The position numbers and the translations under genes are program-made. Shown here one piece after another: positions 11,030 to 22,650 of a DNA stretch of 64,000 nucleotides. The notes under the pieces were generated by a model. That model had not been told where the DNA came from, searched no databases, and worked only from the letters and a program-made list of their open reading frames with translations. Location of the stretch: the NCBI GenBank assembly GCA_964658305.1, contig OZ210885.1, forward strand, positions 11,842,001-11,906,000, written 5' to 3'. Every line of letters begins with the position of its first letter. Positions within the stretch are counted from its first letter, which is position 1. This stretch comes from Leptogorgia sarmentosa. Its lineage: Eukaryota.

Positions 11030-11178
11030 AGTACCAGTCCATGTGAAAGGCGATGGTAATTGCCTGTTCAACTCAGTTTCGGTCGCAATTTAAGGTGATG
11101 AAACATTGTCATGCGAGCTGAGAGTCCGCACCTGCGTAGAACTGGTGTTAAACTTCGCATACTACAAGAACCACCCAA
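11030..11178 (+). pseudogene. OTU-like (vertnin-type) domain fragment
   Basis: VPVHVKGDGNCLFNSVSVAI*GDETLSCELRVRTCVELVLN, with an in-frame stop. Confidence 0.7.
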
Positions 11179-11804
11179 TTTATCGAATTTAGTTAATTAA
11201 GATTTAAACATGTTTAGATATATAAATTTACGGAATTTTCTGCTTGTTGACGGTATTTGCTGCTTGTTGTCGCTTGTTGACGGTATTTATCGACCTGTTG
11301 ACGGTGGTTGACGGTAGTTGACGGTTGTTGACGGTATTTAGTATGACCGCCCGGACGGCGCTTCGCGCCGTGGCTCGGGGATTAACGACTTATTTACGTC
11401 TCTATATTATTTTATATTACTTTTTCATGTAAAAAATGCTTTATTTCAACTACAGGTTCCCAATATTGAAATGGACCAATTTACACTGCCTGATGTTGCT
11501 TGTATTGGTAAGTCCTACCAATTAACAGATCTATACCAGTACACATATTTCATGAATTTTAACACTTTGATATTGCTGCAGTATTTGAGTTCACGATATT
11601 TCCAAATTACAGCTGAAAAACATGACAAGAAGGAGTTGGGGCGGTTGCTCCAATTAATTCTCGAATGTGCCGTCACTTGTGATGGGAAACAAGGTAATCT
11701 TTGTACAAAACAGTGCATTTTAACCTTGTACCTTACCCTGCTGCTTTGGTTCCTGAAGTGTACCACCTACAGGCTAATTTTATTTTAGCTGCATGTAGAG
11801 ACTA

Positions 11805-12691
11805 CACCTTTTCCAGGTCATTTTCAGACAATTCAAGATGAAATTCAAATATTTTTAGATAATATTCAGTGTAGACAAATAAATTTCAGAACTTTATAAC
11901 TGATATTCAAATTTTCCAAATGAAATTCATATATTTCCAAATGTTTGCAAATATGTCAGGTAAATTTCAGATTAGTCCAAAAGATATTCAGATTCTCCAT
12001 AACAAAATCAGATATTTGCAATTGAAATTCAAACATTAACAAGTACATTTCAGGGAATACCAAACAAAATTCAGACACGCTCAATCTGTCTATTCCCTTA
12101 GAATTACAGGGATTAATACCTGTGTGCATATAAGCAAGAAAATACCGTAGGAAATTACATGCAAATACAACAACGATAGGTTTAAAAAGAGCTGTAGTTC
12201 TGGTTGGCAAGCAGACGATCATAAAACGTTGGACGTAAATCTCCTACTTGTAACCTCGCTTGCTCTTGTTACTCTACAGTACAATGCCTCTTGTCTTTAT
12301 AATCGAATATCGCCCACGGATAGAAGTAATATCATGGTATTTGTTAGATTGTAGCAAAAAAATTTTGTGTGTAATAATCATGTAAGAAAAATTAATGAAT
12401 GAAGGTAATGCTAAAATATTCTTGAATTCAAAATGAATGAGTCTGAAATCCATTATGAATTGTGTGAAATTGTATTGCATTATCTGAAGTTTACTTGAAC
12501 ATTTCTGAAATTCACTTGCACTTCTGCACCTTCATTTCCTTAACCTGAAATTCATTTGAACACTTTTGAAATGAATGTGTCAATGTCTGAAATAGACTTG
12601 TATTAACTGAACCTCACTTGCAAATGTCTGAAATTGACCTGCGTTTTCTGAAATTCGTTTAGAAATCACTGAAAATGACCTGGAAAAGGTG
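11805..12691. mobile_element. Tc1/mariner-type non-autonomous element in a Hook intron
   Basis: Perfect TIR CACCTTTTCCAGGTCATTTTCAG, flanked by TA on both sides. Confidence 0.85.
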
Positions 12692-15600
12692 TAGATCATG
12701 TGCAAGTGCAATGCCACTATAGATATTAAACAATTTATTAATGGTAGATATTTTCTATTAGAATTCATAACAAAAATCATGAAACTGGCAGATGACGTGC
12801 GAGAAGTAATCATGCATGCCATTCAAGAGGTATATTGTGCAGCGTCTTCTCATTATGTATTGAAAAATGAACAGAAAAATTAATGTGAACATTTTTTTGT
12901 TGGTGTAGTTACAAAATGGTGATGTTTCAAGTCCTGTTGATATATATTATGATGCATTTCAAGATCTAGAGATACAGGATTGTTTTTAAACACACTGCAA
13001 CTGCAACTGTGTATGTGTAGTAAAAAATGGACTGATTGGAAAATAATATTAGGAGATAAAGTACAATTGAACAGTGTAATTATGTGTATTTTTTCAGCAT
13101 CAATTGAGTTTCATTTTGGCCCAAAATGAAGACGTTTCTCAAAGATGTCATGAACGTGATGGACAAGTATGAGCATATGTACTGTTATGGTCGATCATTA
13201 ATTTTTTTAGTGGCACATATTACATTGTGTAACGCTGAGTAAATGACTAAACTAGGTTTTGTCAGCATAAGTTTACAACAATCAATAAAGAAAAGTGATG
13301 GCTTGTAGGTATACATATAAATTTGTTTTAATTCCCACAATGTACTTATGGCATTGTTGAGAGAGCACAATTCCATACTTGAAGCGGAAAATGAAGATCT
13401 GAAAGTTCAAGTTCATAAAAACAGTTAAAGAATGAGTCTCAGGGTAATGCATTGCGCGCTTATTGTTATTGTTTACAACCAGGAATGACGTCACAGTAGC
13501 AATTGCGATTTGCATAATATTGCGTCTGTTGCAGCGTTTCTTTCGTATTACATATGACAACTCGGCATTTTGCTATCCGTTCACAAACCTTTTGATCTTT
13601 TTCCAAATGAAATGTCTGATTCGGAGACCGATGAAAATTTAAATGTCTCGCAATACGATATCGAGGACGATCAACCACGTAGACATCTCGCAAAGATGTC
13701 ATGAACAAGATGGACAAGTATGAGCATATGTACTGTTATGGTCGATCATTAATTTTTTTTAGTGGCACATATTACATTGTGTAACGCTGAGTAAATGACT
13801 AAACCAGGTTTTGTCAGCATAAGTTTACAACAATCAATAAAGAAAAGTGATGGCTTGTAGGTATACATATAAATTTGTTTTAATTCTTACAATGTAGTTA
13901 TCATTGTTGAGAGAGAACAACTCTATTCTCGAAGAGGAAAATGAAGAACTAAAAGTGCGAGTTCTTAAAAAACGGTTAAGAACTCATAACAACCAACATG
14001 GGTTCGTAAACTGCTTTAAAAATTTATAAATCTTTTTCTTGAAGTGGACTATACACTGCAGTAAAGCACAAGTGCGATGCAGGGCAAAGCAAGTTGAGCC
14101 CCCCATTGTTGCATTAACATTGCATTACATTTTAAGACTATAGTATAATTAAGTTATATGGTTCTATGTTGTCCAATAAACAATGTGTTTACGAAATGCA
14201 GTAACTACTGGAAAGTTTTCAGGAAGCGTTTGAAATGCTTGCTTGTATTACTCATAAAATCAGAGATATGAAGATACTACAGTCCCTGACAGGCAATTAT
14301 TTTTCCAGAGAAGATGAATGTTTCAGGCTTCGTTTAGAGGTTGAACAATTGAGGGAAGAGGTAGTCAAACTAAGGGAAGAGAACTACGCTCTTGAATCAA
14401 GTATGTTCGTGTTCAAACTTTTCCTACTACTGGATTGTTTGTTTTGTTTTCTTTCTTTTTTCAAGAGTCGGTTTTTTCCTTACAAATTTCACCATTATTT
14501 ATAGATAGGGATGAACTTCGTATTAGATGCGACTTATACATGAAAGAACACATAGTTTCGTGTGAGGAAGTGAGTAGATCGAATTTAAAGAGCAGCATTT
14601 ACATTAAAAGATAAAAAGCACGGACATGTTTTTGAGTCGTGTTTTTTTTTGTATTATAGATAGCACAACTTCAAGGTCTGGCTCAAGAATCTCGAGAGTT
14701 ACGAGATGAAGTTCATGTCCTTCGCCACACAAAAGAAACTGTCGTTGAAACCAACGTGGTTGTTTTATTTCCAGGGAGACGACGTTGCCGGCGAACTTTC
14801 TCTTCACTGCTTTTTTCATGCGCTCGATCACCTAGTTGCCGGGTAGCACTCTTTCACGACCGGTGCGTGAGTGCGGAAATGGTAGACAGCAGACACACAT
14901 AGAGATCAGTTGGAGACTCGGACTGCGCTTCGGTTGGTTGTGTCAAAAGGGAGACGCAAAGGTGGCATGTTCGTTTCAGAAATATTTGGCATGTTCATTC
15001 AGACAATGTGTATTTACTAGCAGTTTGTATGTATGTATGCAGTTGTCAGTCCATACAGTGTCCCGAAAGAGGTTACACAGATCCAACTGTATTTCATTTT
15101 ACATCTCGTATTTATAATCCCTGTCGCTTTGCATTATCTTTGGCTTAGTTAGATAAATATAGTGCCAAGTTTGACAGCTCAAAGATGCAGGGGCTTCGGC
15201 CCTTGCTACTTGCTGATTATCTATCGACACATTTGCGTTTTGTTTTTATGTCCATTGACATAATACTGTTTTACCTAGAATGTATAATATTACGATACGT
15301 AATTATAGTCCGACTTCGTATCATTATATCACGTGAAAGATATATTTCCCAAGCTTTTCAAAGACTGGCCAATATTACATTACTGAATTAGTCTATCTTC
15401 GTATCATGAAAAAATCTTCCCAGGTTTTTAGAAGTGGTGAAATATAAAAAGAGGTATATTGTGCAGCGCCTCTCATTATGTATTGAAAAATGAACAGAAA
15501 AATAAATTTGAACATTTTTTTGTTGGTGTAGTTACAAAATGAGGATGTTTCAAGTCCTGTTGATATTTATTATGATGCATTTCAAGATCTAGAGATACAG

Positions 15601-16989
15601 GATTGTTTTTAAACACACTGCAACTGTAACTGTTTATGTGTAGTAAAAAATGGACTAAATAGAAGAAAATATTAGGAGATACAGTACAATTCCACCGTGT
15701 AATTATGTGTATTTTTTCAGCATCGATTGAATTTATCAATTCGAGAAAATGAAGACATCTCGCAAAGATGTCATGAATAAGATGGACAAGTATGAGCATA
15801 TGTACTTTTATGGTCGATCATTAATTTTTTTTAGTGGCACATATTACATTGTGTAACGCTGAGTAAATGACTAAACCAGGTTTTTTCAGCATAAGTTTAC
15901 AACAATCAATAAAGAAAAGTGATGGCTTGTAGGTATACATATAATTTGTTGTAATTCTTACAATGTAGTTATCATTGTTGAGAGAGAACAACTCTATTCT
16001 CGAAGCGGAAAATGAAGAACTAAAAGTGCGAGTTCTTAAAAAACGGTTAAGAACTCATAACAACCAACATGGGTTCGTAAACTGCTTTAAAAATTTATAA
16101 ATCTTTTTCTTGAAGTGGACTATACACTGCAGTAAAGCACAAGTGCGATGCAGGGCAAAGCAAGTTGAGCCCTCCATTGTTGCATTAACATTGCATTACA
16201 TTTTAAGACTATAGTATAATTAAGTTCTATAGTTCTATGTTGTCCAATAAACAATGTGTTTACGGTATGCAGTAACTACTGGAAAATTTTCAAGAAGCGT
16301 TTGAAATGCTTGCTTGTATTACTCATAAAATCAGAGATATGAAGATACTACAGTCCCTGACAGGCAATTATTTTTGCAGAGATCCTGATGAATGTTTCAG
16401 GTTTCGACTAGAGGCGGAACAATTAAGGGAAGAGGTGGAACAACTAAGGGAAGAGAACTGCGCTCTTGAGTCAAGTCTGCTCGTGTTGAAACTCTTCCTA
16501 CTACTGGATTGTTTGTTTTGTTTTCTTTCTTTTTTCAAGAGTCGGTTTTTTCTTTACAAATTTCACTATTATTTATGGATCGGGATGAACTTCGTACTAG
16601 ATGCGACTCATACGAGAAAGAACACTTAAGTTTGTGTGAGCGAGTGAGTAGATCGAATTTATAGAACAGCAATTACATTAAAACATAAAAAGCACTGACA
16701 TGTTTTTGAGTCGTGTTTTTTTGTATTATAGATAGCACAACTTCAAAGTCTGGCTCAAGAATCTCGAGAGTTACGAGATGAAGTTCATGTCCTTCGCCAC
16801 ACGAAAGAAACTGTCGTACGTTTTTTAATGTATTATCCATTCAGCCTCATGTTAAAACGCCATCGTGCACAAACTTTCAATAATCTAGCAACACATGTAG
16901 AACGATCGGTGCTTTATTAAATATAAATGCACATGTTATACGTTGATATAAGATCATATCTTTTTATAATACGGCTGGAGGAGTATTTC

Positions 16990-17425
16990 CATAGGTAGCC
17001 CAACGCACGCATGACGTAACATCCAGTAGTATAATGAACAATTATGCCATGAGCTCGAGTCGTATATGAGCTGATAGCCGACGAGGCGCAGCCGAGTTGG
17101 CTATCAGCCATATACGACAAGAGCGAATGGTATAATTGTTTTATTATATAGACAAAAGGCGAACATTATAAAATTTATTAAAATCATTCATTTGAGGGAA
17201 ACGCTCAGCCATTTTCAGCCATTTTGTTTTAAGCTTACTTGAGCGAGATAATTAATTCGTCCTACTCACTATATATGAAGTAATAGCTAGCGAGTAGCTC
17301 AGCCAATCAGATTACAGAATATCTCATATATAGTGCTTGTCTATATAATAATATGATATATTATGATATATATGATCATATTATACTACTGAATGTTACG
17401 TCATGCGTGCGTTGGGCTACCTATG
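16990..17425. mobile_element. P-superfamily-like MITE with a nested hairpin element
   Basis: ~46-bp TIR CATAGGTAGCCCAACGCACGCATGACGTAACA. 7-bp TSD GTATTTC at 16983-16989 and 17426-17432. Confidence 0.8.
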
Positions 17426-19925
17426 GTATTTCTATAAGAAATTGATCTAAAAATTCTGAAGCCGATGACTTAGTTGTTGCTGTAAACGAACCGTGATATA
17501 ACCGTAATCAGACACTTTCATTTCTTTAGGCTGAATATGAAACCACAATTGCCGAATACGAGAAGAAGTTTAGTAAGGATTTTTTATTATTTCTTAATAC
17601 CATCATTGATTAGTTACTGAAGTTGTGTTTAATCTTCATGGTAACTTGATTGCTTTTTCTTACGTTATTTAGAGAAATTGACGGAGCAAAATATACAACA
17701 AGAAATTGACGAGCAAGAAGTACGTGACTGGATGGATCGTTCGTGTGTCCTGTGTTTTTTCATTCAAGTGTTCTGTGGGAGATTTTTACACAGTCAAAAA
17801 ATTCTTTCGTAATTATCTTTAGGATCTACGGAAAAAAGAATCGATAGAAAGAAGGCTGGAAAATTACGAGAAGAAGGTATTTTACGTTTGTATAATACAA
17901 CAAGGTTGCGGAGATCACTTTCAATCTTCTTGAAAATTAATAGGCAATAAAACTTGTGTCTCCAGAACACGAGGAGAAACCTACGTGTTTGGATTTCGTA
18001 TTGAATATTTTTACATTTATTTATTTGCAGGTTGATCACTTAAAAACGTGTGTGGCGGAAAATGCACAAAGAGGGGACAAGGTGGATTATTATACATTGT
18101 AGATGGTAAAAGCAATCTGATTGGCTAAGAGCTTACACTTAAATCGCGCAATCACGCAACCCACAGGAAATCCAGTTATCTGCTAGCAGATAACTAATTA
18201 TGTACAAAATGAGCCTATGTTTTGATAAATGAAGTTTTTCATGCATTAATACTTTGTTTGTTATTCTTCAAATGTATAATAAAACAATTTTTGAATTCGG
18301 TTTCGCCTCGGCTGATAACGCTTACCTCGACCTTGATAATTCCGCATATCACAAAAACCTCATCCAATAATTGTTAATCACTGCATTCGCTTTTTATCGA
18401 TCACAATTTATTAGAAAGCCCACGTGTACAACACAAAAGATTCTCATGAATATTTCTGTCGATTTCTATCCAGTATTTATCAAAATATTTTGCTTCAGTC
18501 TTTTCTGTTTTTGACCGGAACGAGTCCTGGATCTTAAGAAATGTTTCACTCAACTAAATATATAATATACACGTTCTATTTTTAGGCTGAGATTGAATAC
18601 AAGCGTCTCGCGGCTAAACTTGTTCAGCTGCAGGGGGAAAATGAGGTATGAATTACAATTTTTAAGTTGTGGTCAAACAGAACGATGACACAATTTGACA
18701 GGAGAAAGTAAAATAATTAAGGCAATGCATGTGTTTCATGCAAATTATGCGTGATTATGTCTTTGACTAGGACATACAAAACTTTTATGTTTTAGAATCA
18801 CTATGTTGTGCACTCATCATGTAGCACGTTTGTATGTCCTGCCATTTTAGCGTCTGAAAGAAGAAAGGAATTTTCTCAGAGAGAGAGAGAGAAACGAGCA
18901 ACTTGATGGCTCAGATAATGGTGGATTGCTCATGGCGGATTTACTGCCTGAGGCAACGTTAGTTCAGTAAACAAAGATTTCGGGAAAATGTCCCTTCTGA
19001 TCGGTCGCTAAAGTGTTTTTCCTTATTTCAAGAACTATCATCGAAGGTGAAGAATCTGAGCAGGTAAATATATAATAATATAAATTCAACCGTTGATTAC
19101 TGCCTGATAGTTATATGAGCTTCCTTTACAAGTAAAGAGTGTCGGCACTGACACATTTGTACATGTTTGGACTGCCCGCGGACCCGCGGTGTCATTGTGA
19201 TCACGGAATATTTACTATATTTTGACGCTTTGCCATACAGAATGGTTGAAACATTCAATCCCAGGAAAATAGAATTTGTAGCCTGTATTAAAACGGGTTT
19301 TTGCGTTTATTAAGCCCGAGACAAAACAAACGAAATCAGATATAGTTTCAAGTATTTTGTTTTGAAGCTACACACATACCGATCATACATACTCTTTAGC
19401 GTCTAGGCAAATGCTGCATGAATGGACGGAATATTTAAGGGTAAATTTGGTTTTTAGAGAGCCACATTTTTCACAAACAATCGCAAAGCGCTCTATCTAT
19501 TTATGTCGCTGGCACTATAGAACTGCTGCTGTGGTTCCGTTTGAGGTCGTTGTATCTCGCGTCTGGTCCCATCAATTGCCGCTACTCCGCCAGGGGAATC
19601 TAAGTTTCTAGAGTAAGTTCACAGCATTGGTAGAACAAAACGGACTGCTCTGTCTGTCGTGGTTGGATTCACCATGAACAATGCACTTAACACTGCAATA
19701 TCAGGATACATTCATAGCCAAATGATAACCAAACGTATGCGGTTGGCAAAAAAAAATTTGGGGATCACTTGCTTCGTAACTGCGGGTACTTTATATATTG
19801 TATTGCAAAATCAATTGATATAAAAGGTTTTTACCGGCAATTTTGTCGAGCTTCGTTAGCTCAGAGGATATGGTCCCGAATCGCCAGCAGCGAGTTGGTT
19901 TTTTGTCATTTTGTTTGCTTTCTTT

Positions 19926-22257
19926 CACTGTTATTTTAGGGGAGTTATTTTAACTCCCCTTTAGTGGAGTTAAATTCCCTAACCCCAAATGTGGTGTTAA
20001 AATAACTCTCTTTTTGGTGTTACAATATTTTGGCATATAATTATCATGAAAAATTAACTCCCTTTAGGGGGGTTAGCCGAAGTAACTCTTTTTCTGGAGT
20101 TAAAATAACTCCGTTTGTGGTGTTGAACTGAGTAACTCTTCTTTTGGAGTTAAAATGCAACTGCATTCCGGATTCCGGAATGAGACAAACTCAATTTAAC
20201 GAGAAAAAACAGTTAAAATCAATTTGTAATTCGTCTGAACTGTTAGTGAGAAAGGACAAAAAAGAAACTTAGTATTTTCGGTTCTGTTTCTTCCCTTTTT
20301 TTTTAATTGTACTGGTCAGAATACTCAATAAATTAAATGGGAAATGATGTATTGATGCAGTAAAAACTCGAAACGAATGATAATTATGCTAATTATTCAT
20401 ACAGGATAACCAAAGGATAACTCTAAGCCAATAAGGTTGCGCGATTACAGATAGTAGTGCTTTCGCAGACGTCCGCCTTAGAGAAATGATCCGAGTCAAC
20501 ATATCCGAGTCTGTTTTTCAGTTTTGAAATTTGAAAAGCGAATGTCGTTTTGACAACATTTTGAAAGAAATTTTTGATAAAGTTTTGACGAAGAAAGGAG
20601 ACATAGATCCAATTGTTTTGGCTTTACACAATTTTTTGGCAAGTAAGTGTTCATACATCCCTATTTAATCGAATTTTATGTGCATTTGTGCAACAATAAA
20701 GCGATATTTTTACATGCACAAAATAGATATTCAAAAACTCAGTAGCGAATTTTGACTTCAGGATGAGGTGGCTCACTGGTTCATATCCAGACTGGAGTCG
20801 TTCTTAACTGGTTCTTATTTCCTGTCAAAAATGATTACTGAGCCCTGAGGAACGAGTGTTAATATCAAGATTGAAGACATGTCCATTAATGATCGAAGGT
20901 GAATTATGCTGCAAGTTGATTTCTGTTCTGATAAAATGAATTCATGGATGAAAGACGTGTTAAGACGGTGGTTTACAACCCACTGGTTATTTTTTGCTGG
21001 GTTTTACCGTAAAGTAAATCTCCGCTGTGAAAATTAAGTGAATTTAGCACACTGTGTTCCATCATAAAGCCATATTTATACTGCTATATCTTTTGTATTT
21101 AGAAACTGTTTCTGTCAAGCTATTTTGAAGGACAATGGCCTTTGAAGGACAAATGGCTGATTTTCAAGGACAAAGTGTAGGTAAATCCATATTATTATTT
21201 GTTAAAAATCAACAGGTTCCACTACAGTACAAGGTCAAGGGACTTGAACACCAAACATAAACCATATGAACTGCTTTATGGCAATACTTTGGCCTAATTT
21301 TAAAACGACATTGAAGATATTTATAGTAGCATCTAAATTGCATAAAAATGCACTATGACTATAATTAAGATTGTTTCTACATTATATTTTTAGGTTGATT
21401 ATGAACAACATGATTCAAAAGCCTGAGGATGGAATAAATACTGCTCAACTAACTGCTGGACACATGGATTTGAGCCACATATTATAAGGATTTGTACGAA
21501 TAAACAATGCCACAAAGATAAGCCATTTTCTCTAATGAAGGAACATCAATGAACTCTATTGAGGCTATGCTTGTAAATTCATTTTTTTATAAATTAAATC
21601 ACTTATTTTGCTGTCAAAAAAAATTGTGAGTGCTTTTGAAATTTACAGTAATATTTCTTTTATATTTTTAGACCAACTTTTGAATTGGAGAAATTCATCA
21701 GCCCAGCTGGAAAGAGCATCATAAGTTGTGAAGTTTGGTTACAAAATATCGTAAAAATGGATATACAGTCATGTTATGATAATTTAGCGTGCGTAATACA
21801 AAAGTATACAAAATTCACAAATTTGACATGACTGTATTATCCAGATTTTACGATATTTATTTCTGTATCCAAACTTCGCAATTTTAGTGAATTTATGATG
21901 TTTTTTCCCGCTTTGCTAATGAAATTTGTCAATTCAAAAATTTGTCTAAGGGGAGAAGGTCCATTAAGCTTAAAAGTAACTCCAAAAGAGGAGTTAAATT
22001 TTAACTCCAGAAAGGGAGTTAAATTTACTGTAACTCCAAAAGTGGTGCTATTTTAACACCACTTTTGGAGTTATATTTTAACTCCACAAAGGGTGTTACA
22101 TTTTTAACTCCAAATATTGGGTTAAAATAACTCCAAAACAGGAGTTAATTTTAACACCAAAAGTGGTGTTAAGTGTAACACCAAAAAGGGTGCTATTCTG
22201 AACCTTTTTATTTGACACCGTTTTTGGAGTTAAAATAACTCCCCTAAAATAACAGTG
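19926..22257. mobile_element. CACTA/EnSpm-like non-autonomous DNA transposon (2.3 kb)
   Basis: TIR CACTGTTATTTTAGGGGAGTTATTTTAACTCC, 2-bp TT flanks and many TTAACTCC/GGAGTTAA subterminal repeats. A nested hairpin MITE lies at ~21670-21950, and a solo end of the same family at 9313-9350. Confidence 0.8.
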
Positions 22258-22650
22258 TTCAAGCCTTTTTTCTCAGCATTTTGTTGTTAGGGTCAGAATT
22301 ACTGTTTGGGCCTGGATTGTAAAAACAAAAGAAAAAGAAAAGACAATATTTTCTGTTTAGAGTCAGAATTGGTAAAAAAAAATTATGCAGTTCATCTCAT
22401 TCAATTTGCATTGAATGTACTATTCCGGACTCTGGGTTAGCTTTGCCTTGTGTACAAAGACATTACAGCGCCAACATCTTGGACTATTTCTCTAAAGGGT
22501 TGCACACTTTCGGCTGTCGGACTCCAGAACAGATGTTCGCATTTTTCCAATTCGCTGAATACATCTCTTGCCGGATATTCAGAACATAAACTCGGGAAAT
22601 AATATTAATGTATATGGGTAAGGATTGTAAACAGAATTTGGATGATATTA

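Larger units (their letters stand above)
11456..19440 (+). pseudogene. Hook-family microtubule-tethering adaptor paralog; 5'-truncated, internally duplicated, probably a pseudogene
   Basis: Spliced exons 11456-11507 (DQFTLPDV), 11613-11693 (ELGRLLQLILECAVTC), 12762-12829 (IMHAIQE), 12909-12977, 13098-13166 (QRCHE), then LRDEVHVLRH, EYEKK, AEIEYKRL and RLKEERNFLRE. These follow Hook order with AG/GT boundaries. There is a TAA in the 15721 exon copy and one mutated donor. Confidence 0.8.

Noticed and set aside
14235..16629. Duplicated standalone ORFs (MLACITHK...) of 89 and 107 aa
   Set aside because: Each is a Hook coiled-coil exon read through flanking intron sequence.
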